From: Laetmonice hystrix
Taxonomy: Eukaryota
Reading direction: 5' to 3'
Assembly: GCA_965235115.1 (NCBI GenBank)
Contig: OZ249436.1
Location: 55,616,001 to 55,676,000 of the forward strand
DNA: 60,000 nucleotides
Shown piece by piece: positions 1 to 13,200 of the stretch (positions are counted from its first letter, which is position 1; each line of letters begins with the position of its first letter). Position numbers and translations under genes: made by a program. Under the pieces are notes generated by a model, which saw only the letters and a program-made list of their open reading frames with translations, searched no databases and was not told the origin of the DNA.

Positions 1-20
1 CTTGGGCCCCAGGCCAAGAG

Positions 21-95
21 TACACTGTGCATGCATTTACAAGTTAGAGGGTTAAGCCTTTCACAGTACACTGTGCATGCATTTACAAGTTAGAG
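21..95. repeat. Short direct duplication (~29 bp) tacactgtgcatgcatttacaagttagag
   Basis: Identical copies at 21-49 and 67-95. Confidence 0.85.
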
Positions 96-164
96 TTGAA
101 AGTAATTCAACACTCGGTCTATAACGGCCACTGTGTCTGAGTTGTGTTCGTCCTCCATTAATCT

Positions 165-283
165 GTAAGGTTGGTGTATTTTTCTCGGTATTCTCCGGTT
201 TCCTCCGCCAGTAAAACTGACCGCCTTGATATGACCTGGTTGTTGCTGAAGTCGTAAAACTCCAATCCAAACCCAAACCCCTC
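165..283 (+). mobile_element. SINE 3' fragment (Meta/V-domain-like)
   Basis: ttttctcggtattctccggtttcctccgccagtaaaactgaccgccttgatatgac...taaaactccaatccaaaccc resembles, from recall, the core and tail of widespread invertebrate tRNA-derived SINEs. Confidence 0.6.
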
Positions 284-1142
284 AATTTATATATTGTATC
301 CGGATAGGTTTTTTTTCAATTAAGGAGCAAGATGCATACGCATTTTGTTCTTCTCTCCTTAAATCATCCATGCACCTCATGTTTACTATAGAGAGGACCC
401 GGAAGCAATAAAATTCTGAAAAAAACGGTAGTTTTCCTGATGGCTCATTCTTTTGTACGCATGGGCCACAGTAGCTCCAATCAATCGCGAGAGGCGCGAG
501 TCTTGATGACGTGCCGTGACTGTAGCCTTACTGCATGGACCCCTGCCTGGCCACGAAAACATCCGTCAAATAGGTCCTGGCTTCTCTCCTGATCGGTTTC
601 TCCGACACTGGCTTCCGAATGGCTAACACCATAACCCGACCGTGCTGAACAGATCGTACGATTAAGATGCTTACATCAAGAGTAGACAGCGGGCTGCTGG
701 CATTATGAGATCGTTGGCTACACTTTGAAGTGTGGCTCTAACTAAAGTAGATATACAGAGAAGCGCCCTATACACTGAGAACCCATGAGAAAACCTTCAA
801 AGATACCTGTATGACATAGTCCGCGTGCCCGGGGGCTGGACATGCATGGTACGTATCGCGCGTTCTGCATATCGGCAAGTTTGAGTCTCGGTTCGAGAGA
901 ATCAATTGTTCCTGAAGTCCGAGTTTAGTGCGCCTGAGTCGGAGTTTCTCCGCAGGGGGGCGTGGCGGTATGGGGACGACGGCTGAGGACTGGGGGCAGA
1001 GACTAGCCGCATTATCTACGAATACGCACCCTTCTTGTGACCGGCCATGGCAACAGGCACCTGTTCTGTAATGGCCGAATCTTCTGCTGGTTACGAATAA
1101 TGAAATAAGGAGTACGAGGACCTGGTCTGATGAAAACACAAA

Positions 1143-1287
1143 ATGCTAAACCGTGTAAATATGGTGAGTTGTGGCCGTGGATTGGGAGGAGGCGGCGGGC
1201 ACGGCTGCCGTTGGGTGGATTTACAAAGGGTCCAGCGGACTTGTCTGCTTGCAGTGGTCCTCTTTCAAATCTGCTGTATCGTCCAAG
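1143..1287 (+). CDS. nAChR exon 1 (start codon and signal peptide)
   Basis: ATG 1143 reads MLNRVNMVSCGRGLGGGGGHGCRWVDLQRVQRTCLLAVVLFQICCIVQ-G, ending at a strong donor CAAG|GTGAGT in phase 1, matching exon 2. Hydrophobic h-region with VQG|FP cleavage site. Alternative ATG at 1161. Not in the ORF track. Confidence 0.78.
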
Positions 1288-4200
1288 GTGAGTTGAGTGA
1301 AACTGTCTCTTGAAGAATGAACGTCTGTAATAATGAAATGTTTAATTAAAAGTGTTTTGGCCATGACCATCTCAAAAACACACCAACTGCCGCCATGCGC
1401 CATAGCAATGATTATAATGGGTCCATGTAATGATCTTATAGAGGCCCTCTGAAGTAGTATGCATTTATACATAATTGTGTACCCTCGCCTTTTTAAATTA
1501 GACCTGCCTCCTCCCTAGTTCTCAGCGTCGTAATCTTAGATATTTTCGAAATCTAAGCCCTATTAGCCTACGCCCCCTATTTCTCACTGATATTCGGGTA
1601 TATTTTGATCTCTAATGTTTTACACATCCTCCTCCACCCTCCCGCGCATGAAACAGGGAAGGGAGTCGGGACTTTAAGGCATACAGCGGGCTGTCAAGTA
1701 TGATAAAAAGAGATGTTTTAATTTATCTATAAACTGGAATGTTTAATGATGAATGTAGTGGCACATTATCCAATTACGACGGTCGTGCCATGAAGGAAAC
1801 AACCTCTGTCGATCATCTCCCGGGTGACTGTGCCCACTTTGTGAGCCGCCAATGTCGTTTAGTCGAGATCGGTCCACGTGGAGCCGAATAGAAACGCCGG
1901 TATAAGCGCCTTATTAAATCACTTTGAATCATGCATCTCCTCTTCATGAATCGCTAACTAAATGATACCCGTTTGGGATCATTCTCATCGGTCCTCAGCA
2001 GCATGTATCCCAGAGAAGGAGTCGATCATTTTAAACGATGGCATACTAAACAATACAGTCATAGAACGTCATATACATTACATTAATAATGACGTTATAC
2101 AGGCACGAATTTAGAGAGTGTAGAAGGGATGTGATACGATTTTCTCCTCCGCTAACATGGAGGGATCCCAGAGCGCACAGCACGTCGTCCTCGGATAGAC
2201 ACCATGTTATTGGCTCACCATCAAGGCCTTCAGTACTCGCAATACCCTGGCTTTAATTCCCTTCCCACATGCACTTTCTCACCCATGCACCATTGTCAGA
2301 TTCCTATATCACCAGGGACGCCGGAACTGGGCATGACCTGTCCCGCCCGCAAATCTTCCAATGCAGGGACGTCGGAACTGGGTGTGACCTGTCCCGCCCG
2401 CAAATCTTCCAATACCATATATAGCAAGTCAAGGCCAGACACAAGGTCACGAATGTAGTGAGTCAATTCGCCAAAATTGTCAACTACTCTCCCCAGAGTG
2501 GTATAAGTAACACACTTATATCGATACAGTAATAATTCCTGTGAGCTTTATGGTGTCACAATTCTCAAAATCAAGATGTGAGTCACGTGATATTAGACAC
2601 AGCGTAGAAGGAGGTAGCCTGGTCCCCTGTGCCTACCAGACGCATCCGCTATGTTAGGCCAGGTGATGGCTGACCAAAAGCCGCGAAACGGAAGTGAGTA
2701 AACTCCAAGCACTTCCGCTTCCGTTCCGTTGGTCAGCGTCAACAGAGTGCCCGACCTCTGCTTGGAGCGTGGCCGGGAGTGGCCAACATGTCCATGCGTA
2801 TGCAGACCGTAGCAGTTGTGGGGACCGATGACGCTATGTTTACATCCAGAAAAGCGAGGACATTTAACACTTGTATTTTAAAGGGATTTATGAAAATATC
2901 TGTATCTTGTTGGAGAAATAAGGAGGGTACGGAACTACCTCGTTTGCGTCCATGTTTTCGATGGGCCAATCACAAAGCTCGCTTCGATTAGCCTTCACCA
3001 GGCTCTATACGTAGTGTTTAGACCGGGCACCAGGCTAAGAAGGAGGCGGAGCGTTCAGTCACGTGATAATCGGAAGTCCTGGAGGCCATTTCATAAACCG
3101 GGGTCGTAGTTTACCAATTCCCAACGACAGCGACATGTTTTGGAAACAGATAAACGTGTTTCTATTTGAGTATAGTAGAAATCAGAACGTTTTCTGTGTG
3201 AACGTTGCCGTGTTTGTCAGAAAGTTATCCAGAGAAGACCATGAATTATCCAGAGAAGAGCATGAATTATCCAGAGAAAAACATGAATTATCAAAATTCA
3301 CCAGCTTTCTAATGGCGGAACATCTAGGGGTTCCGGAACACAGAGGAGTCATCAACTTTGAAAGCTGGCGTATTGAAGGGGCATATTATGAGGAAACGTG
3401 AAAAATCGGTATTTCAAAGAACTTTTGCTGTTTTCATCAAGAGATCCTTTATTAATATTGCTTGTTAAACAAAGACAGACTTATCAGTTTCATTTTGTGT
3501 GAGAAATCGAAGTTTATAAAGCTCCCTTGCCCGCTTTTCTGCCGATTTCGTAAAATATTTTTTGGGTGGCATTCTGATGCCCGACGATCGAGTGCAACTG
3601 CTGAATTGTTTACAACTAAGCGAAGCACGTGACTAATCACATGCAGAGAGTGCACACGCAGGATGTGACACAGTATGCAATTACACGGGTTGATGGGAGG
3701 TTGTCTATAGCAAATTATGGCGGGAGATGTGCTATTGGGAGAAATCTATAGGTTTGGTCGTATAGAATCTACTTGTGCTGCATACGCAGCGAAAAAACGT
3801 CGGAGGACAAAATGCTGTGGTAGGATTATTTACTTGGATCCCTAGTACACGATCATGTTGGATAATTGCCGGAAATCTAAAAAAACGTGTTTCATAGCAT
3901 GCCCCTTTGAGTGACTCTACCTGAGTGACCACAGGCACTTTTGGTATCTCCCCCCCCCCCAAATACATACATATCAGAACAAGTTTATTCAACAGAAACC
4001 TACAACATCTTCAGTCCCTCAAATCCAATCCTATCATTCTGAAGGCTACTCCGAACCTGCAACACACAAATGTTTTTACTTTCTTTCATAAAGATGTTTA
4101 TGAAATGACCCCCTCCCCCCTCACCAGGCATTCACAGCCCGTGGTGAGACCCCCAACCGGCGCCTCACCGATCGCTTCAAACACCCGCTATGCAGGGCCG

Positions 4201-7200
4201 GCAGACTTCTGTTTTGTACGCAATAAATCCGTTAATCTTCGGGAATTGGATTTCCTGAGGAGTCGGTCGATTTGCAGGGCGTGTAATCTGTTTATGTATT
4301 GAAGCTTTTGCCCGTTTAGCTCGGAGTCGCTAGCTTCCTATCGTCGGCGACGGACATGCATTTTCTAAACGTGGGCTCATGTAAGTAGAAGATCCAACCG
4401 AGGGACACCTCAAGTCGAGAGAGGGTGAAATTCTCCGCTCGATTTCAAGTAATCAATAAAGACTGTTTGTGGCGAATGAAGCCAATTTTGGGCTGTTCCT
4501 TAACATGGTACTGATTGAGACCATCTAATTGGACCCTAGGCCGTTTCACAGGAAACTGACACATACCCGAATGGTAATATTATGTTGCCATAGGCATAAT
4601 AAAAAACGAGGAGTGAGAATGGGCACTTTCTGAATTCAGTCGATAATGAGTGAGTGGGTGTTTCTGTGATTACTTCAGGGCGAGAAAGGCCCTCAGGATC
4701 TGTGGTAAACGTAGCCCCCATCGCCGGGGAGGCATGCTAAACTAGAGGGTTCAAAACGATGATAATGATGACGATGAATACGATTACGTTTACGATGCTC
4801 ATCACCAGAGTCAAAACTCTTGATTATCTCTTGTCAGACCAACCCTGCCCTTTGGCCAACAACTAAGGAGTGCTATTTCAAAGTGAGCCTCTGAACCTTT
4901 TGGGTGAGTGTGATCAGTGTGAGTGTTGAGAGGACCCACCTTCGCTGTACACGGCAATGATATCTAAAGCAAATTCTAATACTTAGTCAGATTATTACGA
5001 ACATGGCATTCTCGCTGTAATGGGACCACCGTGTGACGTCACAGACGAAAGCATGACAACTGTCCGAGAGACAAATGCGGTTTGGAATCTCTGGCCGCCT
5101 TAAACAAATAATTTACACTTCTATTATGTACACTTCAACATCCTAGCTGTTAGTCAAGCAAATACTAGCAGAGAACCACTGTAGCACGGTTTAATAAAAC
5201 CGCATACATACTCTACACATTCATATCCGACTCAATTCCACACAGCCAAGGCGATATTATGCATAGGATTGGTTTGTGTATACCCGCCTGTAAATTCATA
5301 TACGAATGCTACAAGGCAACTTACATCAAACAAGTTCGCGTAGTGTGAGGCATTGCTATACCGTCTGTATAATGTTATAAATATGTAAAGTAACAGAGTT
5401 CTTCTATCGACATGAACTATTCATCATCTAAACTGCATCGACGTAAAAAGACCATGTATATTTGACGGTTCGGCGATTGGATCTGAAAAATCCGTTTGGG
5501 GCCTTTTTTCTATACCAGCCTGTATAAAACGGCGAGACCGTGTTAGACGCTGGGCTGGTCTGGCTGCTGCGGAGTAGGCCTATGTCTGGGCAGTCTGAAT
5601 GAGCATAAGCACACGTCCATTTTAAAAAAAGAGAATCTACTCCATTGATCTAGCTTTGGACTCGATTTCGAAAATATTCTTCAACGTTTGTTGATCAGCG
5701 ACAAACATCATTTCGGCTTTGACTGCTGCTTACAGTAATGCTCCTTTCTGTACGTGGAAATGAACTGGACTGGAAATCGAAATTGAGAAATTGAGGGCGG
5801 TTAAACGATGCTTAAGTTAAACTCCGTCCCAGATCTGTCGTTATCGGTTCAGAAATCCCAATTCCGTACCGCTGATGGATGGCTTTCACCAGGTTTTTCA
5901 TCGCCAGAAATTGCTTGACATTTTCTGGAAGAGAAGAATCCTAATGGTGCTTGAGTTAGGAGCGTCAATCCTTCTTTGTGTAACCGACATAAGCCACGTT
6001 CCATATTAATACGAGTCTGCATGTAAATAAAGACAAGTCATAGATAAGCACCGATATGTCTGCAAACATAAAGTAATCAGGCTAAAACAAATTCATAAAG
6101 TACCATTTTAAAGTTCATGAATAATCATGAACAAATCGAAGTCAGCTTATTAAACTTATTGATATGTTTTGCTCATGGCCGATGGACTATCCGAAAAACT
6201 CATATTTTGCCTTTTTGAAGGAAATAATACTCTAAACTGAAATTTACTGAAATTCTTATTTTAACACTATTTAGAGTTGAGTATTAACCAATAACTCTAT
6301 ATAGCTATAGAATGACTGCTATGCACCATTTCTCCTATCGTATCACTGGTAAGCTGAAACATAATTTTGACCATTGTAAAACAATCAAACTATAAAGCCA
6401 ACTTGTACTTTTGAATTCGGGTTGAAAGTGGCTTCCAGTCTGCCACATGTAATGGATTAATTATGTCAAACAAATGTCATTTCAACTGTTGGTCCATATG
6501 TAATTGGTGCAGTCAGGCCAACACATGCATTTGGTGGCAACCCCAGGTGCATGGGGCATGGATGTAATTTGCAGGTTCTTGACTGCACGTCTTCCGATTT
6601 AACCAGACAAATACTGTGCGAATAATTTGCAGGCTGCTTAAGAGTTGGAAGTGAATGAAAATTATATTGTAGTTGCAGGTTTAAAAAAAAGCTAGAAATA
6701 TCAGAAAATGCATCCAAGAAGAATCACTAATTTAAAATCACTTAATCTTTGCAATACCTTGCACCCATTTTAACACAACTGTGTTTTTTTACTGAGAAAA
6801 GGCTGCGAACATTAATTGACACGGTGGTGATTATATGGGGACTTTTCATTGTAAATAGATGCCTGAGAAGTAGGTAGTGATCAGCAGTGTTGCGAACTGC
6901 TGAAATTATTGTCAGCGACTCATTAGCTTGCCTACCGATTGCGTGTGACGTGTGCCCCATACAGAGTACACAGAGGCACGTAAGGTATTAATCATTCAAG
7001 GTACTTCAAAGCATGTAATGATGGGAGGAAAAATAGTTTAATCACGAACCGAACCAAGTGGCAAGGCCACTAATCTACTGTTGGTTCTATCAAGGGACAT
7101 TTATAAACAGTAACCCGCAAAAAAGATACAAGAATCGTACTGACATAAGGGATTTATTCCCGCTATAACTTGGCAGGTGCTTCCGGAGTTAGGATGTCTG

Positions 7201-10200
7201 CCGCAGGAAATTACGATTCTACGCAGTTAAACGTAATTACGGTATACAACATCGAGACCATCTTTGGCAGAGTAATGTCAGTCTGTATCTGTAACCAGTT
7301 CGTCCATCGCCTTAGGCCGACATTGGCGTACGGCACAGTGGTCCTTCCGTCCATAATGATGTAATTAACAGATTGACACCACCCGTAGGTCCTGTATGGC
7401 AGTCCAAACGGCTCATCTAGTTAAACGACCCGCGCTCATGACCACCGGCGCAGTCGGCGCCAGACTTTGGGAACGGGACCTGGTGGAACCGCTATCTCCC
7501 CCGTATGAACCGATGTCGGCTTTGGCCTACACTTCTTTAATGTTGGTGGCAGAGGGTGCCATATCATTTGCTAGCCCTGCCGTGTTTAGTTCTAGGCCTA
7601 TTAGATTTTCCGATTTAAATTATAAACAATATATTAGGCGACTGAGATGATCCTTTTTTGTAGATTGATGAAGAAAGTAGATGATTATGGGAAGCATATA
7701 TGACTCTGTGTGATTTTCTGAATTTATATCCATCTATTATTTGCCCCCCCCCCTCGGAAGGCGAAGACAATTTTACACGCACAGCTATCACAAACACAAA
7801 CTTCCACTTGTCTCGAGGAGAAGGCTTTGAGTAACGTTAACCTGGTCTGGGTTTTATGCGAGACGCCATGGCTAATAATCTCTCGATGGGATTATTGCTT
7901 TTGCTGCCAGGTCGAGCCTTACGGCTCGCCAAGTCCATCAGCAGCTTATAGCTGTGCCATGAGAGGCATGATGTGCCATGAGAGGCATGCTCTGCCATGA
8001 GAAGAACGCTGTGCCATGACAGGCATGCTGTGCCATGAGAGGCATGCTGCGCCATGAGATGAACGCTGTGCCATGAGAGGCGCGCTGTGCCATGAGAGGA
8101 ACGCTGTACCATGAGAAACATGCTGTGCCATGAGAAGCGCGCTGTATTATTTTGCCAAACAGACGGTACACCACGTTACATATTGGTAATGACCACGCCA
8201 TATTGATCCGACCCAACCGGGACCCGACCCGACTGCCTGTGGAATCGGGTTATTAGGACACGTACTGTAGTTACCATGGTTTTAAAAAATATATTGTATT
8301 TCTAAACAAATCTAAATTTTATTTCGATTTCAAATAACTAAAATATATCAAAATATGGGGTCATAGAACACCTTTCTGCCACATCAATGTATCAAATTTC
8401 AAATTTCAAATGAAAAGATTCAGTCGAGGTGTAGGTTTCCGACATTCCGGGAAATATTCCAATATCAAAACCACAGAGGAATTTAAAAAAATGTATATAG
8501 GCCTACATATTCGCCCCCTGGCCCCTGAATCTGTGCGGTCTACTCTGTGTAAAGCAGAACGATTTTTAGGGGCAATACCCACCAGCCGATTCTAATAGAC
8601 AGGTGTGGAGAGCCCGGCTGACTGGCCGTTTAATAATACCGTTATCTGACAGTGTTTTGGTGATAGAGGCCGACCCCAAACGTTGTCATGTCATGCCACA
8701 GTTGGTGATTACCTTGGCTGCCCGACGGTCCCGGCGGGCGACCCCTGGCGGGAGGTAAAGTAACCATTTATCATGTTCCGCCCTACAACAGCAGCCAGCC
8801 ATAACCAGCAACCAATTGCGTCAATTTGGTCTAGTCACAGTCAAGATAGCGTCGAGTTTTTCAACAGGCAATAGCCAATTTTAAACCCCCAACAACATTT
8901 CCGTAAAACGTAATCGGTTGCAAATCGTTGTGAAGTTGCGATAAGAAGAATTAGGCCTATATCGGTGTCGAGGGGATGTGCAATTGTAAACGTTCTTAAT
9001 AACCTTGGCTATTGGAGACGTGATTATGGCCAGTCGTTACGACGGCCTCAACATGTCTAGTTTCGAAGCCGTTTCTGCTCGCCCGGTATAATCCCGGCAG
9101 CTTGAACAATAGCCGCCCAGCCCTGCCTGTGACGACACGAGACGAGACTAGACGAGACTGCGCTGTAGCAGAGCTAGTCGTCAAGCGTCCCGGATGGGGC
9201 GGATGCATGCGTATAAATGGACGAAATTAACCCCTCCCTGCGCAGGCAATACGTCACAGTCGGCAGACGGTGCAGGCTCAGATGGCTGTCAAAACACTGC
9301 CGCCCAAGGAAATGAATGATCACGTAGTGGTTGTATGGCGTATAGGTATATAAGCGATCGAATGACAACGCTGCAGTATTTCATTCTTCAATGAATGAAG
9401 GAATGAAGTTGTCGGGTCATTATCTCCATCATTTGCTTCGTCTGTTTCGTTTTCTTTTACCACTGGGTTCTCATTTTTCATGTGGCTAAGCCAATATAAA
9501 AGTATTGGGTGTCTAAAAAAGTTCCAGGTAAAATTAACGAGTAAGCATAATATTGCATGAGCATCAATGTAATATATAGGTATTATATTACTGCGGCGAC
9601 CTTTCCTTTTCCTATGCAAATACATACTAACTAAATTCTCCACCACATCCTACAAAGCAATTACTACCTCCTACACACGCGCAATAATAATAACTTGAAA
9701 TAATCGTTAAATATTGAAAACAAGGTCCATTGTATAGCAGAAAGACGTATTGAGATAAAGCTATCGTATTTCTATAAATTTGTTAAAATTACGAAATATT
9801 AGACGTAACTATGATAGCGTTGGACAATGGGACGGTTGCATCTCATTGTTTCAAGCGTTGATTATTGTGAATGAGACAGGGAGGTGATGGTGTGTGAAAC
9901 TGAACTGTCATATAACACTTTCCCATTCTCACCCTCGTTCTATCACGAATCCACCTCGAGCGGCTGACACCTGGGAAATCAGTCACCACAGAGAGGCTTT
10001 CCAAGGATCCAATCCGAGCTCCGGCAACGACGTACAGAGAACGTATCGCTGAACATTTAAGAGGATTACACATTCCCACCGATTGTCTATACCTGCGGTG
10101 TCGAGTAAATGGCACGATTCGCAATTTCTATTTACCACGCTGAATTCCTGTGGTAGACATCGTGGCAGATTGGCCGTTCTGGGGGTAGTAGTAGTCAGTG

Positions 10201-13200
10201 GGTGATGGGTGGGGGACGGGGGCATTGGATGGCGATTTTCTGCCAAGATTTAATGAGTGATCCGGACATGTGATTCCTTAGAGCCAATCGATACAGTTGG
10301 TGGTGGAAGGAGATGGGAGGGTATCAATCTGCGTCCACGAGACCGGGTATCAGGGTTTCACATTATTGCCCGGATGTAAGGAAGTAATCTCAGCAGGTTT
10401 CCATCCCAATCTCACTGAGAAGAAACCTTACACGGCCAGCTGTTGTCGTCATTTTTGCCAGATTTTCTGTGTTCACTGTGAAACGAGCTCCGTGTTTCGT
10501 TTGGTTGGTTGCACATCAATGCAGGCTCGACGACGTACATGTTTAGTGTTTAAAGAAACAGTTTAGATCGTATCACAAAGAATACATCAAAGGAGACGAC
10601 AAACCTGTTAGTCCCAGTCAGCTGGAATCTGTAACTTAGGAGAGTGAGAGAATGCGAGGACTGAAGTCTGGGATCAAATAAAAGGCCATCCATGGATGTA
10701 ATACATTTGACGGGGACAAACTACAACAAAAACTACTTAAGGATTCACCATCCTGAATCAGTAGGGGTCCAGGTACCGGTTTTTTTAGTTTACTTTTCCA
10801 CCGTAAGCAAGGGTGAGCTGAGCTGAGCAAGGGTGAGCATGAGCTCATGCTCACCGTTTTGCTCAGCGTTTTTTTTTTCTTTTTTTTCGTGAGCTTACTC
10901 ACCATGAGCACGCCTCACAGAAAAAAAACGAACAAACAAAACACGAAAACGGTGAGCATGAGCTCATTCTCACCCTTGCTCAGCTCAGCTCACACTTGCT
11001 CACGGTGGAAAAGTAAAAAAAAGGGCCCAGGGGGACCCAGGGGGGCCAGGCCACCCTTAGATTTTTTAAAAATAAATTTTATAAAGATGCATTAGTACAG
11101 TCACAATCAAATCCTATCGAGCGTAGCGAGGATAAAAAGAATTTTTAGGTTATAAAAATCCTGGATCCCCATGCACTGTGAATGTCTCTTACGTAAAATA
11201 TATCTGCCTCCGAAGTCACCGGTGAATCATAATTCCCTCATTTCCATCTATTTCACAATGATAAATGCCACCAGTGAGAGAATGTTAACCAAAGAATAAA
11301 TCCACAGAGCTGTCGCGAAGCTTCTATATGATTGTCAAATCGACTCTCTTATGATCGGGACAGTCAGGTGAAGATAAAATTGTAGGCATTCTTTATTCCA
11401 TTTTAAAATGAATTTAATAATGAATGGGGGAATATTATAATGTCTTTCAAATAGAGGATGGATCTAACTGTATGTGGATCAATGCAAGCATGTTGTATTT
11501 TGAAAGGCGATCAATTTTCCCCTTTACTATATGTCTACTCAAAATGCAATGGAAGGCCAACAAATGTATAGCTATGCAACACTCTCAGACCATGCATTTT
11601 AAGATTTCTAGTATATTTTGATAGGGGGTATACATGATATACAACGATTAAGAAGGAAAAAGGTATATCCCCGGGGTAACGTAACCCCCACGAAATTTAG
11701 TCTGAAGTAAAGATCCATAGCCCTGACCTTAACCCTAACCCTAACCAAAATTTTGTCTGGAAGTTGCCATGGGGGAATAACCGAAAAAAGCATGAAGCTG
11801 TGTCAATACAACACTACTATAAACGAGGTCAAGTTTGGCTTGCCCTTATTCCCTATTCCATGTGCAGCTGCAGCCCCGTATACTCTAACCACTTGTACAT
11901 ATTGTGTGACCTTATTCCCTATTCAGCTGCATGCAGCTGTACAACGAACTACAACACCGAGACACGGGTACAACATGAGAGTTGTACACAAAATAAATTC
12001 CCGGTTTCTGGTATGAAGAACATTTCAAAAGCGGTAAGCTGGTGCGGCTTTTTAATAATTAAAGACATTAATCTAAGCCTCACAATAAAATAATAATAAA
12101 ATACTCATTACATCAATGGTCAGTTTCAAGCCTTAAAGGTAGGTGGCCGCGCAATTCACGCATTAATGCTAGGTGAGGGCAAAGAAAAAAAACCATAATA
12201 GTATAAATTAAGACTAACGTTTTGGGTGTGGGTAGGCAAAATGGTCGAAGAGCGGCAAAAAGAACGTGGTTCATAAGAAAATCGAATTCACTTCAGAAAT
12301 CTAACTTCTAGATTCCATTCCTTCCTGTAAGAAAGCGTCAAAGATGTCAAGTTTTTCTATTTTGCGATTCAGATAAGCATAGCGAATAATGCGTCTGGTA
12401 TTGAGGTATATTCCCAAAGGCAGTCGGCCACGCTGCCGACATCAATAGATGCCCGCCACCATAATACATGAAGGCGCTGGTTCCATAAATCTAATTATGT
12501 TACTGACCAAGGGAGTGGGGCTAACAATATACAAAAGAACAAACTGCAGACTTGTTTTGTATTTATGCTCGCTGAAGGTTTTAAGACGTGTCGCTTTTGC
12601 ATGTTCTTTTAAACTGTATGGTTAAGGTAATTTCAACTTAAAAATACATTTGAGTGCAGTCGAAACAGATTATTCTAATCTTATCAAATATGCGATACAG
12701 TTTGATATGTAGGACGTATAGGATCTGAAACAACGTGACCATACATATACGACACTCAATTACAAAGACGAACAATGATCTTCAAAGAACCATTTAGAAG
12801 CTTCATATGGAAATCAGAATAAAAACCGCTGCGTAGATAACAATGAAATTTCCATTGTTTGTCATGGAGTTCTGCATTAAAGGGGCATATTATGAGGAAA
12901 CGTGAAAAATCGGTATTTCAAAGAACTTTTGCCGTTTTCATAAAGAGATCCTTCATTAAAATTGCTTGGTAAACAAAGACAGACTTATCAGTTTCATTTT
13001 GCGTGAGAAATCGAAGTTTATGAAGCTTATAAATCGAAGTTTATAAAACGTGTTCCATAGCATGCCCCTTTAAAGAATACATTATGGTGTGAATTACCTT
13101 TACCCGGCCCATGTACAGAGCGTGGTATTATAATTACATCGGATACGGGATATCCGCTTGTATCTGTCTCTGCTTGTATTTATCCGCAAGACGAAATGGC

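Noticed and set aside
768..1139. 123-aa minus-strand ORF head-to-head with the nAChR start
   Set aside because: No ATG start and no recognisable domain; it overlaps the presumed 5' UTR of the receptor.
9403..9489. Alternative signal-peptide exon (MKLSGHYLHHLLRLFRFLLPLG...)
   Set aside because: No good phase-1 donor before the stop; 1143-1287 fits far better.
11721..11746. Telomeric repeat
   Set aside because: Only ~3-4 degenerate TAACCC units embedded in a dispersed repeat.
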